DNA from: an uncultured delta proteobacterium
GTDB lineage: Bacteria > Myxococcota_A > UBA9160 > UBA4427
Direction: 5' to 3'
Length of the DNA stretch: 64,000 bases
Assembly: GCA_963822965.1 (NCBI GenBank)
Contig: CAWGJT010000014.1
Location: 224,001-288,000, forward strand
Below, piece by piece: positions 31,602 to 40,625 of the stretch. Numbering within the stretch: the stretch's first letter is position 1; the number at the start of each line of letters is the position of its first letter. A program made the position numbers and the translations under genes. Below the pieces are notes generated by a model. The model did not search any database. It saw only the letters and a list, made by a program, of their open reading frames with translations, and had not been told where the DNA came from.

Positions 31602-32609
31602 ATGAAGATCGACGCGGGACTGATGGGGGCGCTGGACCAGGTGCCCCAGGCGGCGAAGGCGCTCGAGGCGCAGGGCTTCGACGGCGCCGTCACGGCGGAG
31701 ATGAGCAGCGACCCGTTCCTGCCGCTGCTGCTGGCCGCCGAGCACACCGAACGCATCGAGCTCATGACCTCCATCGCCGTGGCGTTCTCGCGCAACCCGA
31801 TGATCGTCGCGAACCTCGCGAACGACCTGCAGGCCTTCTCGAAGGGTCGCTTCATCCTGGGGCTCGGCTCGCAGATCAAGCCCCACATCACCAAGCGCTT
31901 CAGCATGCCCTGGTCGCATCCCGCGGCGCGCATGCGAGAGTTCATCCTGGCCATGCGCTCGATCTGGGGCTGCTGGTACCAGGGCGAGAAGCTCGACTTC
32001 CGCGGCGACTTCTACACCCACACGCTGATGACGCCCATGTTCACGCCGACGAACAATCCCCACGGCGCGCCGCCCGTGGTGCTGGCGGCGGTGGGGCCGA
32101 AGATGACCGAGGTGGCGGGCGAGGTGGCCGACGGGATGATCGTGCACGCGTTCACCACGGCGCGCTACCTGAAGGAGGTGACCCTGCCGGCGGTCGAGCG
32201 CGGCCTCGCGAAAGGGGGACGCTCGCGCAAGCAGTTCCAGGTCTGCTACCCGCCCTTCGTGGTGACCGGCAAGGACGAGAAGGAGTGGGAGGCGGCGCGC
32301 TCGGGCGTCGCGAAGCAGCTCGCCTTCTACGGCTCGACGCCGGCCTATCGAGGCGTGCTCGAGCTGCACGGCTGGGGCGAGCTGCAGACCGAGCTCAACC
32401 GGCTCTCGAAGCAGGGCGAGTGGGACGCCATGGGCGAGCGGATCGGCGACGACATGCTCGAGGAGTTCGCCGTCGTGTGTGAGCCCGCGGCCGTGGCTTC
32501 CACCCTCAAGGCCCGCTTCGGCGGTCTCGTGGATCGGGTCCTGTGCACCTTCCCGTTCGCCAGCGACGCCGAACGGGCCGAGTATCTCGAAGAGCTGCGC
32601 GCGGTCTGA
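31602..32609 (+). CDS. LLM-class F420-dependent oxidoreductase (TIGR03617-like)
   Basis: 'DPFLPL', 'IAVAFSRNPM', 'LGLGSQIKPHITKRFSMPW', 'YTHTLMTP', 'FYGSTPAY'. Confidence 0.9.
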   Translation: MKIDAGLMGALDQVPQAAKALEAQGFDGAVTAEMSSDPFLPLLLAAEHTERIELMTSIAVAFSRNPMIVANLANDLQAFSKGRFILGLGSQIKPHITKRFSMPWSHPAARMREFILAMRSIWGCWYQGEKLDFRGDFYTHTLMTPMFTPTNNPHGAPPVVLAAVGPKMTEVAGEVADGMIVHAFTTARYLKEVTLPAVERGLAKGGRSRKQFQVCYPPFVVTGKDEKEWEAARSGVAKQLAFYGSTPAYRGVLELHGWGELQTELNRLSKQGEWDAMGERIGDDMLEEFAVVCEPAAVASTLKARFGGLVDRVLCTFPFASDAERAEYLEELRAV

Positions 32610-32629
32610 ACCGGCGCCGGGAGTCCCCC

Positions 32630-33784
32630 TTGTCCAATGCTTCCAGCGATCTCTACGGCACGCCCGAGCACGAGCTCTTCCGCGAGAGCGTGCGGAAGTT
32701 CGTCGAGCAGGAGCTTCGACCGCGCGCGCGCGAGTTCGACGCCCTGGGCCGCATCGACAAGAGCCTCTACAAGCAGATGGGCGACCTCGGCATGCTCGGG
32801 CTCCGCTACGACCCCGCCTACGGCGGCGCCGGCCTCGACTGGTCGTTCACGGCGGTGCTCTTCGAGGAGCTCGGTCGCGCCGACAACGCCGGCGTCACCA
32901 TGGGCATCAGCGTGCAGACCGACATGGCGACGCCCTCCCTGGCCGAGTTCGGAAGCGAGGAGCTGAAGCAGCGCTACCTCGCGCCGGCGATCGCGGGCGA
33001 GATGGTGGCGGCCATCGCGGTCACCGAGCCCGACGCCGGCTCCGACGTCGCGGGCATCAAGACCCGGGCGGTGCGCGACGGCGACGAGTGGGTGATCAAC
33101 GGCTCGAAGATCTACATCACGAACGCCGCCACGGCCGACTGGCTGTGCCTGCTGGCGGTCACCGACCCCGACGCGGGCTACGGCGGCTTCTCGCAGATCG
33201 TCGTGCCCACGGACGTTCCGGGCTTCCGCTACACGCTGCTGGACAAGATCGGCAATTGGGGCTCGGACACCGGCCAGCTCTTCTTCGAGGACGTGCGGGT
33301 GCCCGTCGCGAACACCATCGGCGAGATCGGCCGCGGCTTCCACCAGCAGATGATGCAGTTCCAGGACGAGCGTCTGGTCGCCTGCGTGAGCACCCTGGCG
33401 GGGTCGCTCCACCTGTGGGAGGAGACGAAGCGCTGGTGCGAGGAGCGCGTCCTCTTCGGCAAGCCGCTCTCGAAGATGCAGAACACCCAGTTCAAGATGG
33501 TGGAGCTGCTCACCCAGATCACGGCGGCCCGCGAGCTGACGAACGCCTGCGTGCGTCAGCGCGTCGCGGGCGCCGACGCTACGCAGCTGATCTCGATGGC
33601 GAAGCTCTTCTGCTGCCGGGTGGCGCGCCAGGTGGCCGACGAGTGCATCCAGCTGCACGGCGGCTACGGCTACATGAAGGAGAGCATGGCCGGGCGCGCC
33701 TTCGTCGACACGCGCCTCGTCAGCATCGGCGGCGGCTCGGACGAGACGATGCTCCACTACCTCGCCAAGCAGCTGGGCTTCTAG
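32630..33784 (+). CDS. Acyl-CoA dehydrogenase (AtuD/FadE13-like)
   Basis: 'VQTDMATP', 'TEPDAGSDVA', 'NGSKIYITN', 'QFQDER', 'QLHGGYGY'; TTG start. Confidence 0.9.
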   Translation: MSNASSDLYGTPEHELFRESVRKFVEQELRPRAREFDALGRIDKSLYKQMGDLGMLGLRYDPAYGGAGLDWSFTAVLFEELGRADNAGVTMGISVQTDMATPSLAEFGSEELKQRYLAPAIAGEMVAAIAVTEPDAGSDVAGIKTRAVRDGDEWVINGSKIYITNAATADWLCLLAVTDPDAGYGGFSQIVVPTDVPGFRYTLLDKIGNWGSDTGQLFFEDVRVPVANTIGEIGRGFHQQMMQFQDERLVACVSTLAGSLHLWEETKRWCEERVLFGKPLSKMQNTQFKMVELLTQITAARELTNACVRQRVAGADATQLISMAKLFCCRVARQVADECIQLHGGYGYMKESMAGRAFVDTRLVSIGGGSDETMLHYLAKQLGF

Positions 33785-33840
33785 CGTCGGCCGGCTGGCA
33801 CGCGGGATCGAGAAAGAGAGAAGAGAAGGAAGGAGAAGGG

Positions 33841-34638
33841 ATGCTGCAGGAGAGCCTGGATCTCATGGCGGAGGCCGACGCGCTGCGCGCCTTCCTCGAG
33901 ACCCTCGGCGAGGAGGACTGGAAGCGCCCCACCGGCTTCATGGGCTGGACGCCCTGGGACGTGGTCGCCCACCTCCACTACTTCGACCGCGTGTCCTTGC
34001 TGGCCCTCGAAGACGAGGACGCCTTCGTCGAGAAGCGGGCCGAGCTCGTCCGCAAGCTCGGCGCCGGGCAGGGCAATCGCGAGATCGCCCGGGAGGAGTT
34101 CGGCGACCTCGACGCGAAGGACCTGCTCGGCCGCTGGCACGAGACCTGCCACGAGATGGCGCGGCTGCTGGGCGAATCGGATCCCAAGCGGCGGCTTCCC
34201 TGGTTCGGTCCCGACATGGGCGTGCGGATGTTCACCACCGCCCGCTACATGGAGACCTGGGCGCACGGCCAGGAGATCTACGACCTGCTGGGCGTGCGCC
34301 GGCGCTACGACGACCGCATCAAGAACATCGCCGCGATCGGCATGCGGACCTTCGGCTGGACCTTCGTGAACCGCGGGCTCGAGGTTCCCGGTCCGCCGCC
34401 CTACGTCCGGCTCGAGGCGCCTTCGGGTGCGGTATGGGAGTGGAACGAGCCGAGCGAAGAGGAGCGCATCACGGGGAGCGCGGTGGACTTCTGCCATGTG
34501 GTCACCCAGGGACGCAACGTCGCCGACACGCGCCTCGAGGTGGTGGGCGACATCGCGAATCGCTGGATGTCGATCGCCCAGTGCTTCGCCGGCGGGCCCG
34601 CCGATCCGCCGAAGCCCGGCGAGCGCCGGGGCGCCTGA
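33841..34638 (+). CDS. TIGR03084-like metal-binding protein (MDMPI N-domain)
   Basis: 'WTPWDVVAHL', 'PWFGPDM', 'ARYMETWAHGQ', 'FCHVVTQ', 'AQCFAG'. Confidence 0.88.
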   Translation: MLQESLDLMAEADALRAFLETLGEEDWKRPTGFMGWTPWDVVAHLHYFDRVSLLALEDEDAFVEKRAELVRKLGAGQGNREIAREEFGDLDAKDLLGRWHETCHEMARLLGESDPKRRLPWFGPDMGVRMFTTARYMETWAHGQEIYDLLGVRRRYDDRIKNIAAIGMRTFGWTFVNRGLEVPGPPPYVRLEAPSGAVWEWNEPSEEERITGSAVDFCHVVTQGRNVADTRLEVVGDIANRWMSIAQCFAGGPADPPKPGERRGA

Positions 34639-34698
34639 GGCGCCCGCCCGGCCCCTTTCGGGAGAGCAGCGAGGAAGGCTGCGAGGAGAGCAAGCCCG

Positions 34699-35901
34699 AT
34701 GGATCTCGAATACGGTGAGAAGTACGAGGCGTTCCGGCGCGAGGTGCGCGCCTTCCTCGACGACCACAAGCACCAGAAGCCCGAGCTCGGGCTGTCCGAG
34801 GGCAAGTCGGCGGACCGCAGTCGCTGGCTCTCGCTGCTGATCGAGCACGGCTACTGGGCCCGCACGATCCCGCAGGGCGTACGGCGGCTACGGCGCCGAG
34901 CCGGACCTGCTCGAGACCGTGATCATGGACGAGGAGTTCAACCGCGCCGGCGTGCCCCGCGGCATGATGGCCCAGGGGCCGTCGATGCTGGTGCCCACGC
35001 TTGCTGCAGCACGGAACCGAGGAGCAGAAGAAGCGCTGGATCGGGCCGACCATGCGCGGCGAGGTCATCTGGTGCCAGGGCTATTCGGAGCCCGGTGCGG
35101 GCAGCGATCTCGCCAGCCTGCAGACGGCGGCGCGGGAGGACGGCGACGACTTCGTCATCAACGGCCAGAAGATCTGGACGAGCACCGCCGACAAGGCGCA
35201 GATGATGTTCCTGCTCGTGCGCACGGAGCCCGAAGCCAAGAAGCACGAGGGCATCTCCTATCTGCTGGTGCCCATGGACACCCCGGGCCTCGAGGTGCAG
35301 CCCCTCCGCACGATGGCCGGCGACATCGGGGAGAATTCGTTCAACCAGGTCTTCTTCACGGACGCTCGCGTGCCCATGGCGAATCTCGTCGGCCGTCGCG
35401 GCGAGGGGTGGAAGATCGCCAACACCACCCTCAAGCACGAGCGCAACAGCCTCAACGCCAACGCCGAGGGCCTGCTGCTGCGGCTGATGAGGCTGATGCG
35501 CGAAGAGACCGTGAACGGCGTGCCCGCCATGGCGAGCCCCGTCTACCGCGACCGCCTGATGCGGCTCCAGGGCCGCGTGCTCGCCATGAAGCACCACGCG
35601 CATGCGGGTGCTCACGGCGAGCCTGAAGAACGAGTCGCCGGGGGTGGCGGGCCTGGTGGTGAAGCTCCAGAACTGCCAGCTCAACTTCGACATGGCGTCC
35701 CTCGCCATCGACGTCATGGGCGAGCTCGGCGCGCTCTACGAGCACTCGAAGTACGAGCGGGACCGCGGCTTCTGGCAGGCACACTCGATGTTCTCCCTCG
35801 GGCTCATCATCGGGGGCGGCACCGCGCAGATCCAGAAGAACATCATCGCCGAGCGCGGGCTCGGCATGCCGCGCGAGCCGAAGGCCGCGACGGCCTCCTG
35901 A
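34699..35901 (+). CDS. Acyl-CoA dehydrogenase (catalytic chain of an adjacent pair); three +1 frameshifts
   Basis: 'WCQGYSEPGAGSDLASL', 'NGQKIWTS', 'FNQVFF', 'TLKHER', 'IGGGTAQIQKNIIAER'. Confidence 0.88.
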
Positions 35902-35948
35902 CCCGGCACGGGCGGCGGCCGCACCCGCGAAGAGAAGGAAGGGCAAGC

Positions 35949-37037
35949 ATGGATTTCGGCCTCTCGGAAGACCAGCAGCTCCTGGAGCAGACCGTCCGCG
36001 AGCTTCCTCGCGGAGGAGGTTCCGATCACCCGGGTGCGAGAGCTGCGCGGCGCTGCGTGCCCCAACGACCGGGCCATCTGGAGCGCCCTCGCCGAGCTCG
36101 GGGTGACGGGTGTGCTCGTCCCCGAAGCCCAGGGAGGCAGCGATCTCAGCCTGCTCGACGCCGCTCTGGTCGCCTGGTCGCTGGGCCATGCGGTCACGCC
36201 GACGGCCTTCCTGGCGTCGGGCGTGATGGCGCCGGTCGCGCTGCGGGCGGTGGGCGGCGCCGAAGCCGAGGCCTGGCTGGGCGGCATCGCGACGGGCGAG
36301 CTCGTGGTCGCGGTCGCGGCGACCGAGACCTTCTCGGTCCGGGAGGACGCGGGCGTCGTCCTCGAGAACGGTCGGCTGCGAGGCCGCGCGATGATGGCCC
36401 TCGACGCCTGCGGGGCAGACCTCGTGCTGGTCGCCCTTCCCGACGAGCGGCTGGCCGTCGTGCGCGGCGGCGCGGCCGGGGCTCGCCACCACGCGGCTCC
36501 GGACCATCGACGCCACGCGCTGCACGGCCGAGCTCGAGCTCGACGGCGTCCTGCCCGAGATCGTCTACGAGAACGCGGGCACGGCCGTCGAGCGCATGCT
36601 CGATGCGGGACGCATCGCGCTGGCGGCGGACACGCTGGGCGCCTGCGAGTCGATGATCGAGCAGGCCGTCGTCTACGCGGGCCAGCGCAAGCAGTTCGGC
36701 CGCGTCGATCGGCTCGTTCCAGGCGGTCAAGCACATGTGCGCCGAGATGGTGGCGGACTTCGAGCCCGCGCGGTCGCTGCTCTGGTACGCCGCGCACGCC
36801 TTCGACGCGCTTCCCGGCGAGGCACCGCTGCTGGCCTGCCACGTGCTGGCCCACGTGTCCGAGATCGGCCGCGAGATCGCCAGCGTCGCCACCCAGGTGC
36901 ACGGCGGCATCGGCTGGACCGACGAGCAGAACCTGCACTTCTGGTTCAAGCGGATCGGCGCGGCGCGCCATCTGCTGGGCGGGCCCGAGTGGCTTCGCGG
37001 TCGCGCGGCCGTGCTGCAGGGATTGACCGCCGCCTGA
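35949..37037 (+). CDS. Acyl-CoA dehydrogenase (short partner chain); three +1 frameshifts
   Basis: 'MDFGLSEDQ', 'RKQFGR-IGSFQAVKH', 'QVHGGIGWTDE'. Confidence 0.85.
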
Positions 37038-37111
37038 GCGGCGGCTCCCCGGGCCGGCGTCCCGTACCGCACGCGCGGCCTTCGGGAGCCCTCGGGAGAG
37101 AGGAGAATCGA

Positions 37112-38230
37112 ATGAGGACGAAGCTCGCGAAGGAGATGGGGCTCGAGTTCCCCATCTTCGCGTTCACCCATTGTCGCGACGTGGCGGCCGCGGTCTCGAA
37201 GGCCGGCGGTCTCGGCGTGCTGGGGGTGGCGGGACACTCGCCCGACAACCTGCGCATGGAGCTCGAGTGGATCGAGAAGGAGGTCGGCGGCAAGCCGTAC
37301 GGGGTCGACCTGCTGCTGCCGGCCAAGTTCGTCGGCAGCGACCGCGGCGGCTTCGACGAGGCGCAGCTCGACGAGCGCATTCCCGCGGAGCATCGCCGCT
37401 TCGTCGACGAGCTGCTCGATCGCCACGGGGTGCCCTCGCTGCCCGAAGGCACGAAGCTGCGACCCGAGTTCAGCGTCGGCTACGAGAAGCAGCGCGACGT
37501 GATCGAGCTGGCCTTCGAGCACCGCATCAGCCTGATCGCGAGCGCCCTCGGCCCGCCGCCGGAGTGGATGATCGAGCAGGGCCGCGCGAAGGGCGTGAAG
37601 GTGGCCGCGCTGGCCGGCACCGTCGAGCACGCCCGCCGGCACGTGGCGGCCGGCGTCGACATCGTCGTCGCTCAGGGCTACGAGGCGGGCGGACACACGG
37701 GCCAGGTCTCGACGATGGTGCTCGTCCCCGAGGTGGTCGACGCCGTCGACCCGGTGCCCGTGCTGGCGGCCGGCGGCATCGGCGACGGCCGCCAGGTCAC
37801 CGCGGCCCTCGCCCTCGGCGCCCAGGGCGTGTGGATGGGCTCCATCTGGCTCACCACCGAGGAGGCCGAGACGCATCCGGTGGTGAAGCAGAAGTTCCTG
37901 CAGGCCACGTCCAGCGACACGGTCCGCAGCCGCTCGCTCACCGGCAAGCCCGCGCGCCAGCTTCGCAGCGCCTGGACCGACGCCTGGGACGATCCGTCGA
38001 ACCCCCAGCCACTGCCGATGCCGTTGCAGCCTCGGCTCGTGCGCGAGGCCCAGGAGCGCATCCGGCGCTACGCCCACAAGTCGCCCGGGGCGGAGCAGCT
38101 GGCGAACTACTTCGTGGGCCAGATCGTGGGCCGCATGAACCACGTGAAGTCCGTGCGCACGGTGATGGAAGAGCTCGCCCATGGCTACGTGGACACCATG
38201 GCGCGCCTGGACGAGCTGGCCGAGGAGTAG
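37112..38230 (+). CDS. Nitronate monooxygenase/FabK-like FMN oxidoreductase
   Basis: 'FPIFAFTHCRDV', 'QGYEAGGHTG', 'AAGGIGDG', 'TGKPAR'. Confidence 0.92.
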   Translation: MRTKLAKEMGLEFPIFAFTHCRDVAAAVSKAGGLGVLGVAGHSPDNLRMELEWIEKEVGGKPYGVDLLLPAKFVGSDRGGFDEAQLDERIPAEHRRFVDELLDRHGVPSLPEGTKLRPEFSVGYEKQRDVIELAFEHRISLIASALGPPPEWMIEQGRAKGVKVAALAGTVEHARRHVAAGVDIVVAQGYEAGGHTGQVSTMVLVPEVVDAVDPVPVLAAGGIGDGRQVTAALALGAQGVWMGSIWLTTEEAETHPVVKQKFLQATSSDTVRSRSLTGKPARQLRSAWTDAWDDPSNPQPLPMPLQPRLVREAQERIRRYAHKSPGAEQLANYFVGQIVGRMNHVKSVRTVMEELAHGYVDTMARLDELAEE

Positions 38231-38270
38231 CCGCGAAGAGAGTCGCCCCGGGCGGGGACCGCTTCAGCCG

Positions 38271-38301
38271 CCCCGCCGGCGGGTCGATAGACCCGGCGGG
38301 G
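38271..38301 (+). terminator. GC-rich hairpin after the catabolic operon
   Basis: CCCCGC[cgg]CGGGTC-gata-GACCCG-GCGGGG; no U-tract. Confidence 0.35.
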
Positions 38302-38312
38302 GGACTCTCGTC

Positions 38313-39101
38313 ATGCAGCTCGCCCAGAGCTTCCACCTTCTGGCCACTCTGGTCTTCGTGCTCGGATCGGCGGTGGTCTCGACCCGGCTGATCCTGTTGG
38401 CGCGCCGGACCCGCCAGCAGCCGGAGCTCTTCCTCGGCCTCGCCATCCTCGGGAGCGCGGTCCTGGGCTATGGCACGCTGATCGTCGCGCTGATCGTCCG
38501 GGGCGGCGTGGGTGTGACCGACCCGGCGAGCGTCCCGGCCCTGGCCGTCGGGCTCTCGGCCGTCGGGAAGACCCTGCACGACGTGGGGGTCACGTTCTTC
38601 CTCCTCTTCATCGTACGCGTCTTCCATCCCGGGGAGCGTTGGGCCCACGCGCTGGCGGGGGCCGCCATGGCCCTGGTCTGGGGCGGGCTCGGCTGGCAGG
38701 CCGCCCACGGCTCGTTCCGTGTCGAGACCGTGGGGAGCGTCGCCTGGACGTGCGAGTACCTGGTGATCTGGAGCTACCCGGTGTGGATGGCCGTCGAGTC
38801 GTTCCACTACTGGACACTGATGCGCCGGCGCCGGGCACTGGGCTTCGCGGACCCGATGGTGGTGAACCGATTCGGGTTGTGGGGCGTCGGCTCGGTCTTC
38901 TCGGCCCTCGCGATCTGGACGGCGAGCGTGCCCTACGCGCTGATGGACGCCCCGGAGCTGTCGGCGAGCGTCTCTCCCGCCGTCTTCGTCCTGACGGCCA
39001 TCGCCGGCGTCGCGAGCGTCTCGTGCTCGTACCTGGCCTTCCTGCCGCCCGCCTGGTACGCGCGGCGGGTCGAGGCGCAGGCCGCGCATTCCGCTGGATA
39101 A
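38313..39101 (+). CDS. Hypothetical polytopic membrane protein (about 7 TM)
   Basis: Hydrophobic helices throughout; GC-rich third positions; no recognisable domain. Confidence 0.75.
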   Translation: MQLAQSFHLLATLVFVLGSAVVSTRLILLARRTRQQPELFLGLAILGSAVLGYGTLIVALIVRGGVGVTDPASVPALAVGLSAVGKTLHDVGVTFFLLFIVRVFHPGERWAHALAGAAMALVWGGLGWQAAHGSFRVETVGSVAWTCEYLVIWSYPVWMAVESFHYWTLMRRRRALGFADPMVVNRFGLWGVGSVFSALAIWTASVPYALMDAPELSASVSPAVFVLTAIAGVASVSCSYLAFLPPAWYARRVEAQAAHSAG

Positions 39102-39428
39102 CGGATCGATCCTCGCCTGTCGGGGTCGACGTGTTCGAGCGCACGCCGCGAACCGCGGCCGAGGTCGGCTCACCCGTCCCCTCCCGTAGCGGCTTCGACG
39201 GGGGGCTTCGACGCGTGGGACGGCACGCCTCCCAACCCGTGAGAAGTTTGCGTCGACCGCAGGATCCTCTCGGCGATCCGCGCGGTCCCACCGCAGGCGC
39301 CGCGGGGCATTCGCCACGATCAAGGTGAGCCTTCCGTGCTCGCCACGACGGTTCGAAATCGACGGGGAGTTGGCGTAGGGTTCTGGCGCGGGCTGCGTCC
39401 AACCCCGTGGTATCTCGGAGGACCGTCG

Positions 39429-39569
39429 ATGGCGCGGATTCCGTCTCCTTCCAGGCCCGCACCCATCTGGCTTCGCGTGCTCGCTGGTGCGGTGATCGCG
39501 CTGATGGTCGCCGCGCTCGGCTATGCGGTCGCGATCGGAGTGGCCAACTTCTCGCAGATCGGAGTCTGA
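39429..39569 (+). CDS. Small single-TM protein at the head of the nor operon
   Basis: RBS GGAGGA, 46 aa, one hydrophobic helix. Confidence 0.55.
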   Translation: MARIPSPSRPAPIWLRVLAGAVIALMVAALGYAVAIGVANFSQIGV

Positions 39570-39571
39570 CC

Positions 39572-39799
39572 GTGGAGGACCGCACGGAGACCGGAATCGT
39601 CCTGCTCGTGCTCGCCGCCGCGGCTCTCGTGCTCGCCGCCCCCGTCGCGGGACGCGCCGGGGCACCGATGCTCGCGGACCTCGTCATGGGCCTGGCCGCG
39701 ATGTGCGGTCTCGCCGCATTCGGCATTGCCGGCGCCCACACGCTGCGTGCCGCCCGCCGCGGCTCTCGCGCGCGTGGCGAAGGGGGCGAGCCGCGATGA
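39572..39799 (+). CDS. Small two-TM protein upstream of norC
   Basis: GTG 2 bp after the previous stop; stop overlaps norC start (ATGA). Confidence 0.5.
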   Translation: MEDRTETGIVLLVLAAAALVLAAPVAGRAGAPMLADLVMGLAAMCGLAAFGIAGAHTLRAARRGSRARGEGGEPR

Positions 39800-40608
39800 C
39801 CAAGGCGACGACTCGGCGCTTCTTCTGGGGCGGAACCGTGCTGTTCACCGCCGTCTTCGTCGGGTTGACGGTGCAGACCCACACGACGATCGCGAAGCGA
39901 ACGCATGCCGACGCACTGACGACGGAGGTGAGTCGCGGCCTGGCGGTGTGGGGCCACTACAACTGCGAGAACTGCCACACACTGCTCGGTGAGGGAGCCT
40001 ACTTCGCGCCGGACCTGACCCAGATCGTGGAGCAGCGCGGGCGCGGCTACCTCGCCCAGTTCCTCCAGGATCCCTCGCGCTTCTACTCCGAAGAGCGCGA
40101 CGGCCGGCTGATGCCCACGCTCGGCCTCTCCCAGCAGGAGATCTCGGACGTGATCGACTTTCTCGGCTGGGTGGGCAACATCGACACGAACGGCTGGCCT
40201 CCCCGGCCGATCCTGGTGGCCGGCGTGGCGGTGCGCGGGCTTCCCGGCGTGTCGGGGACGGAGGACACCGGGGACCCGGTCCAGCGCGGGAAGGCGCTCT
40301 TCAACGGTGCCGCGGCGTGCGCCGGCTGCCACTCGACGGCGCCGGGTCTCACGCTGGTGGGCCCCTCGCTCGACGGAGTCGCCGCGCGGGCGGTCGAGCG
40401 GATCGCGTCGTCCGGCTATCACGGCTCCGCCCACGACGCAGAGGCCTACCTGCGCGAGTCGATCCTCGAGCCGAGCGCCTACGCGGTCCCCGACAGCCCG
40501 ATTTTCGCCGGGCCGAACGGACAGTCGCTGATGCCGGCCGATTACGGCCAGCGTCTCACGCCGCAGCAGGTGAATGACCTCGTCGCCTACCTCACGACGC
40601 TCCGCTAG
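39796..40608 (+). CDS. norC: Nitric oxide reductase subunit C with an extra C-terminal cytochrome c domain (di-heme)
   Basis: TM, 'NCENCHTLLGEGAYFAPDL', 'RLMP', 'IDTNGWPP', then second heme CAGCH...'SLMP'. Confidence 0.9.
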   Translation: MTKATTRRFFWGGTVLFTAVFVGLTVQTHTTIAKRTHADALTTEVSRGLAVWGHYNCENCHTLLGEGAYFAPDLTQIVEQRGRGYLAQFLQDPSRFYSEERDGRLMPTLGLSQQEISDVIDFLGWVGNIDTNGWPPRPILVAGVAVRGLPGVSGTEDTGDPVQRGKALFNGAAACAGCHSTAPGLTLVGPSLDGVAARAVERIASSGYHGSAHDAEAYLRESILEPSAYAVPDSPIFAGPNGQSLMPADYGQRLTPQQVNDLVAYLTTLR

Positions 40609-40625
40609 CGGAGCCCGGAGAGCTC

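Noticed and set aside
39310..39323. FNR/DNR box upstream of nor (TTCGC-N4-ATCAA)
   Set aside because: Only one good half-site; too weak to call
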